A stretch of DNA of 64,000 nt, taken from the NCBI GenBank assembly GCA_028281385.1, contig JANQJY010000098.1:11180-75179 (forward strand), written 5' to 3'. The stretch is from Rickettsiales bacterium (lineage in GTDB: Bacteria; Pseudomonadota; Alphaproteobacteria; Rickettsiales; UBA3002). The notes under the pieces are model-generated. The model had not been told where the DNA came from. It did not search any database and saw only the letters and a list, made by a program, of their open reading frames with translations. The position numbers and the translations under genes are program-made. Shown one piece after another: positions 51,881 to 60,672 of this stretch; position 1 is the first letter of the stretch; every line of letters begins with the position of its first letter.

Positions 51881-53299
51881 CTAACGTTTCACTCCACCCG
51901 CCCATCGCAGCGGATCCACATATTTCAGCCACCGGGTCAGCAGCCCGTGCTCATCCATCCAGGCGGCATAGTCGCGATACTCCTCATAGCGCATCAAATG
52001 CCGTTCCTCGGTTTTGGCACGCGCATAATAAACCGCATTCACGCACAACAATCCGCCGGCATTCAACAGCATGTTTTCCGGACTGTCATGCATGATAAAC
52101 GGGAAGAACGCCCCCCACCAGAACAGATTCTTGGTCAGATAACCCGGATGTTTTGTTACCCGGAACACGCCACCTGTAATCAATCCACGATAGGTCAGGT
52201 TCGACCAGCGCAGTCCGAATGCCACCGAGGATGAGGCGTGTGCCAGCATCAGCAGCACCAGTGTACTGCCCCATACATAATAGGGCGTACTGCCGGCATC
52301 GATCCAGTGATACCAGGGATGGTTCGTTGCATAATAAATCAGATGACCGAACACCAGCACGTCCCAGAAAGGGGTATAGCACATCACGCACGACACCCAC
52401 CCGCCCCATGTATTATCTGTGGAACGGACATGCGTATCCAACAGCCGGAGGTTAAACAGATAGCCAACGACCACCGGCGTCAGATCGATCAGGAACATCA
52501 GGCTGATCAGATGCAGATACACCGTCAGGAACCGCGCCTCTTCATGCCAGTTATAATCGGCGAGATCGCCCATCATCTGCGCAATGTTAATCAGCATGAT
52601 CGGCAGGAAATAGCCCTTGATGATCCAGGTCCGCGCGTGATGTGCCAACATCGGCCAGTTCATCCTGTGCCGGAGCGGTCGGCTGGGGCCGGAGCGACGG
52701 CGGAAAATATCACGCCGGAGCGGTCGGTCGTGCAGGAGTCGTTGGCTGAGGCTACGACGAATGCGGATAATCAGACCGGAGCGACGGCAGAAAATTCCGT
52801 GCCTAAGCAATAACGCTGTTTCGCGGTAGGCATCCTCCGGCTCACGCATGTTCCCGTCAAGCCAAGCGATATAAAGCAGCGAGACCGGTATCAGATACAG
52901 CGCTCCCGCATATAGCGTCTGGAATGCAAAATCGTAGCGCCAATGGCCATAGAAGGGGATCAGATAATAACAGAATGCCAGTGCCGACAGCGTTGCCAGA
53001 AATCCGATCCATTTCAGGCCGATCCGTCGCCAGTGCCACGGTAGTTTACGCGTGAAGTCCAGCCCTGTTTCTTCGCGTCGGTATACTTTGACCACAGCCA
53101 GATCATATGCGGCCAGCAGTAGGAAATAGATGGCAGGGAACAGCATCCAATAATCCATCGCCACATGTTGATGATAGCGGCAGGTCCAGCCGAACAGCGC
53201 CAGCATTACCACCAGCGTCAGATGGTTCATCCAGATATTCGTGCAGCTTTTCGGGCAATGTTCGGGGGGTGTCATGGTGATGGTTATAACAGCTTGCAT
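51881..53299 (-). CDS. polytopic membrane protein with C-terminal ICMT/PEMT-like methyltransferase motif; in-frame repeat insertion in a loop
   Basis: Many TM helices; ..GGVFRVTKHPGYLTKNLFWWGAFFPF.. resembles the RHPxY-type motif of isoprenylcysteine carboxyl/phospholipid methyltransferases; aa about 165-212 come from family-A units. Confidence 0.6.
   Translation of the reverse strand: MQAVITITMTPPEHCPKSCTNIWMNHLTLVVMLALFGWTCRYHQHVAMDYWMLFPAIYFLLLAAYDLAVVKVYRREETGLDFTRKLPWHWRRIGLKWIGFLATLSALAFCYYLIPFYGHWRYDFAFQTLYAGALYLIPVSLLYIAWLDGNMREPEDAYRETALLLRHGIFCRRSGLIIRIRRSLSQRLLHDRPLRRDIFRRRSGPSRPLRHRMNWPMLAHHARTWIIKGYFLPIMLINIAQMMGDLADYNWHEEARFLTVYLHLISLMFLIDLTPVVVGYLFNLRLLDTHVRSTDNTWGGWVSCVMCYTPFWDVLVFGHLIYYATNHPWYHWIDAGSTPYYVWGSTLVLLMLAHASSSVAFGLRWSNLTYRGLITGGVFRVTKHPGYLTKNLFWWGAFFPFIMHDSPENMLLNAGGLLCVNAVYYARAKTEERHLMRYEEYRDYAAWMDEHGLLTRWLKYVDPLRWAGGVKR
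52664..52805 (+). repeat. family-A short unit plus hairpin unit, read antisense in frame in 51881..53299
   Basis: Translated on the minus strand as ..RRSGLIIRIRRSLSQRLLHDRPLRRDIFRRRSGPSRPLRHR.. Confidence 0.85.
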
Positions 53300-53738
53300 A
53301 GGAAATGCGAACGACTAGCTGAATCTGGAATCTAGAACTCACATCTGTTACCCGTAACTGGTAACTGGCAACTCGTAACTACCATAAATCTGTGGATAAC
53401 TTTCAGGAGCAGGTGGAAGGAATGTCGGTTAGATAATTCATTGAAAACCAGATATATCCAACACCTGCAACGATTCAGGCAAGCTACCATTAGCACTTTA
53501 ACAGATATGATGATATCTCCGGAAGTCCAAAAATAAACTTGAAAAAAACGCTTCCACTCTTGGGGTAAATCTGCATTTAATCAACCTATGGTTTTAGATT
53601 TATCTCAAAAACTACTAAAAATGGAACCGCACTGCTGTTATCCCTTTATAATAATATGGGATATATCTACCAACCGCCACACCATCCTATCTCTTTCCCA
53701 TTTCTGTTCGTTCAACCCTCACCATAGGAGTCTTTGTC

Positions 53739-54344
53739 ATGACGGCACGTAGCACCTCTCACATCACGCCTCGCACTACCTCCCCCCAAACCCAGGACGC
53801 CAACCCTCGTAAGCGCACCAAAGGCTCTTACTATGAACAGGGCGATGATTGGGAAAATGATGAAGATGCCGCCACACTTCATTGCCCAGAGCAAGCGTTA
53901 TGGCGCGCCGTCATCACCCAAGCGTTGATGGATGCCTCCAGCCAGTGCAAAAAATCATCAAGCCAGCGTGCTAGAGAAGAAGCCATTATCTGGCTGCAAG
54001 GTAACACGGCGGATTTCAGAGAGGTCTGTGAAAATGCGGGATTTGAGCCGGATTATATCCGGAAACAGGCCGCCGAAGCATTAAAACGCGGCTGTGTCTG
54101 GCGTAAAGATAGCAAAGAATCATATTCCGATCCTAAAAAAGCCAGGAAAATAACAAAAAACCAAAAAAACCTGCAGAAAAAAGAGCAGAATCCAGCCCCT
54201 ACCCCTCTCCAACAGGATCGTTTCCATCGATCGCGCTATAGTTTTATTCCTCAAAATCCTATACAATCGTCAAAAAAGGCAATAATGTCAACTAGCCTTC
54301 TCCCTACAGAGTTGAAATTTGACCGTTATATCCACCATCGCTAA
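53739..54344 (+). CDS. hypothetical protein (201 aa), prophage-like context
   Basis: ORF directly upstream of and overlapping the DUF1376 gene. Confidence 0.4.
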   Translation: MTARSTSHITPRTTSPQTQDANPRKRTKGSYYEQGDDWENDEDAATLHCPEQALWRAVITQALMDASSQCKKSSSQRAREEAIIWLQGNTADFREVCENAGFEPDYIRKQAAEALKRGCVWRKDSKESYSDPKKARKITKNQKNLQKKEQNPAPTPLQQDRFHRSRYSFIPQNPIQSSKKAIMSTSLLPTELKFDRYIHHR

Positions 54345-54366
54345 TGGATGTATCTTACAGTTTCTT

Positions 54367-55305
54367 ATGAGCCAGGCCCCGATCATGCCTTTTTACACCG
54401 ATGCCTATCTTGCCGACACGCAGCATCTGACGACCGAAGAGCACGGCGCCTACCTGCTGTTGCTGCTGTATAGTTGGCGTAATAACGGCGCGCTACCGCC
54501 CGATGATGACCGTAGATTATCGCGGATTACCCGTCTTAGTCTGAGACGCTGGAAACAGGTCGTCCGCCCGAATCTCGAGATGTTTTTTACTATTTCCGAG
54601 GAGGGGTGGCATCAGAAAAGGTTGCAAAAAACCTGGGCGGACACGCAAGCGAAAATTACCATCAGAAGTACCCGTTATATGCGCGAAAAATCACGCAACT
54701 CACGGAAAAATAATACATCGCCCTCTCCTATCCATAAACCAGACCCATTATCCGATGATGTTTTCCTTCATCATTCTCGAGTGGGCGTTAGTTCGTCTCG
54801 GGAATCTTGTAACCAAATAGCACATGAAATAAGACCTCCGCAAGCGGTTGATGCCACCGCGAGGGTGACAAATACTTCCTCTGCTACCCCCGCGCTTGAT
54901 GCACTCAAACCCGTCCTGTCCGATATCCGTTATTTCACTCCGCGCGGTCGGAAGATTTCGCCCGAGTTGGCACCACAGTTGTGTCAGGCACAAAAGGAGA
55001 TCACCGCCTTGCTAACGCCGATTTCACCCGAAGATAATGACGCACTGGTTGCCAAATTGATGCGCGTCTTTCCGATCTATGGCGCGCCGCAGGAAAAAAT
55101 CGCCCGCGTGCAGGATTACATCGACGCCTTTGCCCTTTACCCGGCCGATCTGCTGCAGCATGCCATGGACGACACCATCGCCACTCATGCATTCAACACA
55201 TTGCCGCGCATTGCCGACATTATTCAGAAAATCACCCCGGCGCTGGAACAACGCCGAAAACAGAAAGACAAAATTGAACGGTTGTTAAAGCAGGTCGATT
55301 CATGA
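54367..55305 (+). CDS. DUF1376 (YdaU-like) domain protein
   Basis: MPFYTDAYLADTQHLTTEEHGAYLLLLLYSWRNNGALPPDD.RL.RI is the DUF1376 N-terminal signature. Confidence 0.7.
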   Translation: MSQAPIMPFYTDAYLADTQHLTTEEHGAYLLLLLYSWRNNGALPPDDDRRLSRITRLSLRRWKQVVRPNLEMFFTISEEGWHQKRLQKTWADTQAKITIRSTRYMREKSRNSRKNNTSPSPIHKPDPLSDDVFLHHSRVGVSSSRESCNQIAHEIRPPQAVDATARVTNTSSATPALDALKPVLSDIRYFTPRGRKISPELAPQLCQAQKEITALLTPISPEDNDALVAKLMRVFPIYGAPQEKIARVQDYIDAFALYPADLLQHAMDDTIATHAFNTLPRIADIIQKITPALEQRRKQKDKIERLLKQVDS

Positions 55306-55423
55306 AAAGGAGCTACTGGGACGATGCGCACCACATCGCCTTTTTTCCATGCTCCTTACTCTTCGTTCTTCCGCATCGCAAAAACACAACCGATCGTAGT
55401 AACGTCATTCAACCAAAGAAGGA

Positions 55424-55972
55424 GTGTTTTACATGCGCAGTTTCCCCACCCGCCGCGGCCGTCCCAAACAAGCAACGTCATCCACCGATCCCGGCACGCC
55501 CGAACTGATCATGAAACGCGCGCATGGTGTTACTGCCGAGCCGATCGATTTGTGTCTGGAGCGTAATATCATTACCGAAGAGCAGCATTGGTGCGGGCTG
55601 CATTTACGCTGGCTATACACTATCCGCTATGGCACACCTAACATATCGGCGCTTAATCTCATGCGCGGTGCGGGCGAGGATATTGCCGAAGACGATCCGG
55701 ACTGGCGCGCCGCTCGCGAAGAAGAGTTGCAGGACGCAGTCGATCTGCTCGCCAGCAAACGTCGCTATGAACCGGTGGCCGGCCTGTGTATCTACAACGA
55801 GCCTGCGCGTTTTCTAAACCGTGAACTGCTGTGCCGTGCCTATAACAGTCAGAGCATCGCTCATACCATCGAGCGTGAAATCGATATTCTCCGCGACGGG
55901 CTCGACCTGCTGGTACATCATTGGGGACGCCTGTGCTCAAGCGATCGGCCAAGGCCGGAGCGAGAGCGATAA
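55424..55972 (+). CDS. hypothetical protein (182 aa); C-terminus and stop supplied by repeat DNA
   Basis: ORF; the last 13 codons lie in a family-A unit. Confidence 0.4.
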   Translation: MFYMRSFPTRRGRPKQATSSTDPGTPELIMKRAHGVTAEPIDLCLERNIITEEQHWCGLHLRWLYTIRYGTPNISALNLMRGAGEDIAEDDPDWRAAREEELQDAVDLLASKRRYEPVAGLCIYNEPARFLNRELLCRAYNSQSIAHTIEREIDILRDGLDLLVHHWGRLCSSDRPRPERER

Positions 55973-56152
55973 AACTAATCGGTAGCGGTTGGGGTGCGCC
56001 TGTGCTTGAGCGGTCGTGTTAGCGCGGAGCAAAAGCAAAAAAATATATCAGAGCGACGGCGAATAAAGTCTGTTCGAGCGGTCGGTTCTGTGCTCAAGTT
56101 ATTGGCTGAGGCCACAACGAGAGCGAATAAAGGTCGAAGCAAGGGCGATAAA
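55930..56152 (+). repeat. array of 3-4 diverged family-A units
   Basis: cctgtgctcaagcgatcggccaaggccggagcgagagcg.. / ..cttgagcggtcgtgttagcgcggagc.. / ..gttcgagcggtcgg..attggctgaggccacaacgagagcg.. Confidence 0.75.
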
Positions 56153-56203
56153 AAGCCGGTAAAAAAAACAATGAATCGGCATATCATCCCCCATCACACA
56201 TCA

Positions 56204-57037
56204 TTATCCCCGTTCATTTTGTCTGTCAGCCCCTGCCGCCTGTGCTTCCTGATGCTTCGTGGCAGCAATTTGGGTATCTCTTGCCAGTTCGGCACCTTGA
56301 CTTGTATTCGGCTGTTCTGCCGTGCTTTCTGCTCTATTATCTCTCATCGCCCTGCCTGCTTCCCGCACAGCAGCCAAAGCATCCGGAGACAATTCATTTC
56401 GCCCTGCCTGTGTTGTGGTTACCGCTTCCATGTTTCTGCCCGCCGTAGCAATCGCTTCTACTGCAGACTGTTCCTCATTCGACTTTGCAACCAGATTTTC
56501 AGGCAAAGCAGCGCCTTTCTCATCCCCGCCAAGCGGCTTGAATTCCACCCCTCGTTCCTGCAGCCGGCGAATGGAGTGCTCAAGCGGGTTAATCGCATCC
56601 CCATAGGGGCTGCGATATCCCTCCACCGCCGTTCTGACTTCATAACTCATCGTTTCATAACTCCACTTCCTACCGTGACGTAGTCCTCTCCCCTCAAATA
56701 TGGAATATTCATTGCCTTGTAGCTGTTCACCTTTCTTTAGTTTCCGTGAGACTTTGGGATTATACAATGTCTCCATTATCTCATTTGTTTGCGTAGCGGT
56801 AAGCCAGGCCTGTTCACCTGCTGGATTATCCATATAGGAAGTCAGAACGCCTCCTGTCACTTCCCCTCTGTTGCCACCTCTTACAATCTCAAGCATATTA
56901 TTTTTGCCTTTACCGGGGCTGTCCGCATAAGGGATGTCTTCAACAAATGTAATGTGCCTGGAATCAGACGGCATCAATGCTATCCGAGATCCGGTATAAT
57001 CCTCTATTTCTTTGGCTGTTGGTGGATTGGCTACCAT
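56204..57037 (-). CDS. hypothetical protein (277 aa)
   Basis: ORF only. Confidence 0.45.
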   Translation of the reverse strand: MVANPPTAKEIEDYTGSRIALMPSDSRHITFVEDIPYADSPGKGKNNMLEIVRGGNRGEVTGGVLTSYMDNPAGEQAWLTATQTNEIMETLYNPKVSRKLKKGEQLQGNEYSIFEGRGLRHGRKWSYETMSYEVRTAVEGYRSPYGDAINPLEHSIRRLQERGVEFKPLGGDEKGAALPENLVAKSNEEQSAVEAIATAGRNMEAVTTTQAGRNELSPDALAAVREAGRAMRDNRAESTAEQPNTSQGAELARDTQIAATKHQEAQAAGADRQNERG

Positions 57038-57116
57038 AGCTTCCTCGAACTGTTATTATGATAAACGCCGGGAGCGAACAGACTCCTCCCTATATTATAT
57101 CTTAATCTGATGCTGG

Positions 57117-57131
57117 TTAAATTTTTATTAA
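57117..57131. promoter_or_regulatory. TTAA-N7-TTAA (CtrA-type box candidate)
   Basis: ttaaatttttattaa; between 56204..57037 and flp. Confidence 0.3.
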
Positions 57132-57376
57132 AATTCCTAAAAAATCCCTGCATAAAGTTACATGTTTATTAACAAACTTATCCTGTTTCTTTTGCCCTCA
57201 AATTATGCTATTTTAAAAATAGCTGGGAATTTCCAGCGTGGGAGGAACCGAGAGGCTCTGCACGCCATATGAGCTATAAACAGCAGTGCCCAGCAAGTAA
57301 TCGGTTCCATATTTTCAAAGGAAAATACCTGCCGATAGCGGCGGGCATTTTCGCATTTTTATGAGGAGATTCTCTC

Positions 57377-57553
57377 ATGAAGACGTTCAAACATTTCTTA
57401 ATGGATGAATCAGGCGCGACCGCGATCGAATACGGTCTGATTGCCGCGATCATTTCAGTCGCGGCGATCGTTCTGATGTCATCTCTGGGTGACGAGTTGC
57501 AGTCTACCTTCTCTAACGTGGCCAGTGGTCTGTCGGAGGGGAATGCACGTTAG
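57377..57553 (+). CDS. flp: Flp/Fap family type IVb pilin
   Basis: MKTFKHFLMDESGATAIEYGLIAAIISVAAIV.. is the Flp motif (G/ATAIEYGLI); GAGGAG RBS; strong terminator follows. Confidence 0.88.
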   Translation: MKTFKHFLMDESGATAIEYGLIAAIISVAAIVLMSSLGDELQSTFSNVASGLSEGNAR

Positions 57554-57577
57554 TCATTCGCTTGACATAATTCCATG

Positions 57578-57612
57578 AAAAACCCGTCAGCCATCCACTG
57601 ACGGGTTTTTTG
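57578..57612 (+). terminator. rho-independent terminator of flp
   Basis: aaaaacccgtcag-ccatcca-ctgacgggttttttg: GC-rich stem plus T tract. Confidence 0.75.
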
Positions 57613-57741
57613 TATCTGCTCAGCTTCTGACTATACATGGAAAATGGGCCGATGAACCTTATAAGGGACGAGAGTCGAGAGACAAACCGTTTTATACTCG
57701 TCTCTTGCCCCGCGTCCCTCGTCTTGTTCCCATCTCTCCCG

Positions 57742-58287
57742 CTACCATGGCAGCATGCGGCGTAAGATCATGTCTTTATCAATGAAATGGTGCTTCAACG
57801 CAGCACCGGCATGCACGGTAATCAATGCAATCAAGCCGTAAGCCAGCCATTCATGCACTTCTTTCATCACCTCAGCCATCTCCTTATCTGCTGCAACCAG
57901 ATCGGGCATGGTGAACAGGCCGAAGACACTAACCGGAAAGCCGGCATAGGATGACATCAGCCAGCCGGTCATCGGCATCGCCAGCATCAGTGTATAAAGC
58001 AAAAAATGCGAGGCATGCGCTGCCCATCGTTCCCATGCTGGTATCGCATCCGGCAGTGACGGAATCACATTCACAAGACGCCATAGCACGCGCAATATAA
58101 AAGCACTCAGCAAGGTGATCCCTATGGCCTTATGCAGACCATACAGCTTCAGCTTGTCGGGGCTGAGCTCCAGCCCGGTCATATACAGCCCAACCGCCAG
58201 CATACCGATGATCGCCAGCCCCATCAGCCAGTGCAGCAGGGTAGCGACAAGACCATAACGTTCGGAGGTGTTTTTGAGTGGAGGCAT
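57742..58287 (-). CDS. cytochrome b561 family protein
   Basis: ..YGLVATLLHWLMGLAIIGMLAVGLYM..HKAIG.. and four TM helices with conserved His residues; paired with yceI as usual. Confidence 0.85.
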   Translation of the reverse strand: MPPLKNTSERYGLVATLLHWLMGLAIIGMLAVGLYMTGLELSPDKLKLYGLHKAIGITLLSAFILRVLWRLVNVIPSLPDAIPAWERWAAHASHFLLYTLMLAMPMTGWLMSSYAGFPVSVFGLFTMPDLVAADKEMAEVMKEVHEWLAYGLIALITVHAGAALKHHFIDKDMILRRMLPW

Positions 58288-58316
58288 TGTTCACCTTTTC
58301 CTCGTCATCCTCGGAC

Positions 58317-58449
58317 AAAACGCAAGGAGGCGTTTTGACGGGGGAACCCATGACTTGCGAGTCAGAAGACTCGCAATGTCAAAAATGCCTACTGGCATTT
58401 TTAACCTGGATTCCACTACGATTTTGTCTACTGACAAAATCCGTGGAAT
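58317..58449. repeat. four consecutive stem-loops between yceI and the cytochrome b561 gene
   Basis: aaaacgc/gcgtttt; ttgcgagtc-agaa-gactcgcaa; aaaaatgcc-tact-ggcattttt; attccac..gattttgtc-tact-gacaaaatc..gtggaat. Confidence 0.6.
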
Positions 58450-58460
58450 GACAAAAAACA

Positions 58461-59135
58461 TTAAAGTTCACCATAATAATTTTTGGCGTCACCCGCTTCA
58501 TCGAGCTGGAACTCAACAGCAATGATCAGATTCACCTCATTGCCGATATTGGGCAGATAGACATTCATCCCCCAATCGGATCGTTTGATGGTGCCGGTCG
58601 CGTGAAAGCCGAGCGTATATCGCTGACTGAACGGGTTTTTACCGCCGCCTTGCCACTCGACATCGAGCGTAACCGGCTTTTTAACACCGAGAAAATCCAG
58701 TTCACCAGTGATTTTCCCCGTGGTATCTCCTGTTTTTTTCACTTCGGTACTGTAAAAGACAATCTTCGGAAATGCCTCGCTGTTGAACCAGTCCTCACCC
58801 TGCATTTTCTTCTCCAGCTTGTCGCTGTTGGTGTTCACACTGGCGGGGTCAATCACAATTTTCACTTCCGATTGTTCAACATTCCTGGTGTCAAACACCA
58901 TCCATCCCTCGAAATCGTCAAACCGGCCGTAATAATCGGCAAAACCGAGATGCGAGGCGGAAAAAATCAGCGATGCATGGGTTTTATCCATAACATAGCG
59001 TCCTTCCGGCACCTGACTGACATCGGTGCTCTGCGTCGGCTCCGGATGCGTTGCTGCGGATTTTTCCTCAGCCATGACGGGTATGGCAAACAATACTAAC
59101 GCGGCAAAAGGAGTGAAAAGACGGTGATAGAACAT
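58461..59135 (-). CDS. YceI-family periplasmic polyisoprenoid-binding protein
   Basis: Signal peptide; ..Y.MDKTHASLIFSASHLGF..YYGRFDDFEG...FD..VKIVIDPASVNTN..LEKKMQGEDWFN...FP.I.F.S..V.. Confidence 0.85.
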   Translation of the reverse strand: MFYHRLFTPFAALVLFAIPVMAEEKSAATHPEPTQSTDVSQVPEGRYVMDKTHASLIFSASHLGFADYYGRFDDFEGWMVFDTRNVEQSEVKIVIDPASVNTNSDKLEKKMQGEDWFNSEAFPKIVFYSTEVKKTGDTTGKITGELDFLGVKKPVTLDVEWQGGGKNPFSQRYTLGFHATGTIKRSDWGMNVYLPNIGNEVNLIIAVEFQLDEAGDAKNYYGEL

Positions 59136-59279
59136 GGGACCTCCAACATAATTAGATGCAGAATAGATAGGGCAGACAGGCAGGAATTACAAGGGAGATC
59201 GGTTGCCGGTATCAGAGTTTCGGGATTCAGTAATCATATATCCTGAGCACCGAACTCTGACATCCCATCCATCCTGTAA

Positions 59280-60656
59280 TTAATACGTAATGCGCAGACG
59301 GTTGAAGGAATCGGTAATGGTCTGATAGGCGAGGATCAATGACTGCTCATCCTTGGCGTCAAAGAAGAACTGTTCGTTGCTGGCGCAGTCTCTGAAGATA
59401 GTCTTAATCTCTTCGCCGCCGGGATGGGTCTCATCGACATCGAACAGGACCGTATAAATCGTAATGCCAGCTTCTTTCATGCGATCGCATATTCCCGGAT
59501 TGGCGGCCAGACCATAATAGCCCGCATATTTTCTTGCGCGCTCCGCCGCCTGCTCCTCGCCGGACAGATGGCCGTTATCGATATCGTAAAGATATAAATA
59601 CTGGTTGTCGTAATTGCCTTCCGGATAGGCGGCAAAGCAGCAGCCAACATTAGAACCGTCAGTCATCAACACCACGACTTTATCGACGGCCATCGGGTCA
59701 AATGCCGCAGCCTGCTTCCCTCCAAAATATTCGTGCTGGGTCGGATCCAGCATCAATGCCGAAGCCAGCGCCGCCAGGTTGGAACGGTTCCATCCTCCGC
59801 CTTCCGGAATCTGGCGCATTTCCATCACCGTCTCAAGCAGCATCTGGCGATCCGCTTCGGTTTCAATCGGCGTCAGCGGTATGAGCGGATAAAGCGGCTC
59901 CGCATCCAGAACATTCGCAAAATATTCCGCATCACCCAGCTCATGCGTATCCTCCACGGCAGTTAAAGCTGGCGGTACGTTGTTTCCGTCCGGGAATTTG
60001 ATCTTGTGGTTATAGGGAATAATGCCGATGTTAAAGACCGGACCGTCCACCCCCTGGATCGGTTCAAACGCATTGCTGATCACATATTCCATCGCCGTTT
60101 TCATCGCATTGAACTTCTTGCATTCATGATCGGGCTCATGGCGCAGCAGGAAGCTGCCATCCGCCTGCGGCATATCGAGTGTCGTCGTACACATGCTGCC
60201 GGAAGTATTCAATGTGAACACCGCATCCACTCGTTTGGACACATCCCATGTCACTGTCACATCATGGTTAACCGCAAGCCCGTCAAGTCCGACAATACTG
60301 CCAAAGGCGGTCGGCATCTCGGCATTTGCCTCAGCAGTCCACGAGAAATTGACCGGATCGACACGCACGCTGATATCCGTGGAAAGATTCACTCCCATGT
60401 AATTTTCCGGGAAGTTGGCATAGAAAAACTCGATCACCGTTTCCTCGATATCCGCCGCAGAATCCTGGCTGGACACTCCGGCAAGCAACGCCGTATCCAA
60501 CGCTTTTTGAAACTGGCTTTTAATAATGAGGTAACGCGATGTATCAATGGCAAGCCCGGTGCTGATGGTCACCAGGAAAATCCCGGCAGCCGCAATCGCC
60601 AGCACACTACCCTTCTCGCTGCCAAACAATGATCTAAGATAGTTCATCATAATCAT
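59280..60656 (-). CDS. TadG-like pilus-associated protein with vWA domain
   Basis: N-terminal TadE/G-like anchor (GSVLAIAAAGIFLVTISTGLAIDTSRY); MIDAS-like ..VFTLNTSGSM.. Confidence 0.7.
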   Translation of the reverse strand: MIMMNYLRSLFGSEKGSVLAIAAAGIFLVTISTGLAIDTSRYLIIKSQFQKALDTALLAGVSSQDSAADIEETVIEFFYANFPENYMGVNLSTDISVRVDPVNFSWTAEANAEMPTAFGSIVGLDGLAVNHDVTVTWDVSKRVDAVFTLNTSGSMCTTTLDMPQADGSFLLRHEPDHECKKFNAMKTAMEYVISNAFEPIQGVDGPVFNIGIIPYNHKIKFPDGNNVPPALTAVEDTHELGDAEYFANVLDAEPLYPLIPLTPIETEADRQMLLETVMEMRQIPEGGGWNRSNLAALASALMLDPTQHEYFGGKQAAAFDPMAVDKVVVLMTDGSNVGCCFAAYPEGNYDNQYLYLYDIDNGHLSGEEQAAERARKYAGYYGLAANPGICDRMKEAGITIYTVLFDVDETHPGGEEIKTIFRDCASNEQFFFDAKDEQSLILAYQTITDSFNRLRITY

Positions 60657-60672
60657 TACCTCTCATTGACTC

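Noticed and set aside
53391-53399. Perfect DnaA box TGTGGATAA, with nearby weak variants, as evidence for a replication origin
   Set aside because: A single perfect 9-mer is roughly what chance would give in 64 kb searched on both strands. The other candidates (ttatccctt at 53638, atatccaac at about 53453) match only 6 of 9 positions. There is no cluster of strong boxes and no dnaA, hemE or parAB context.
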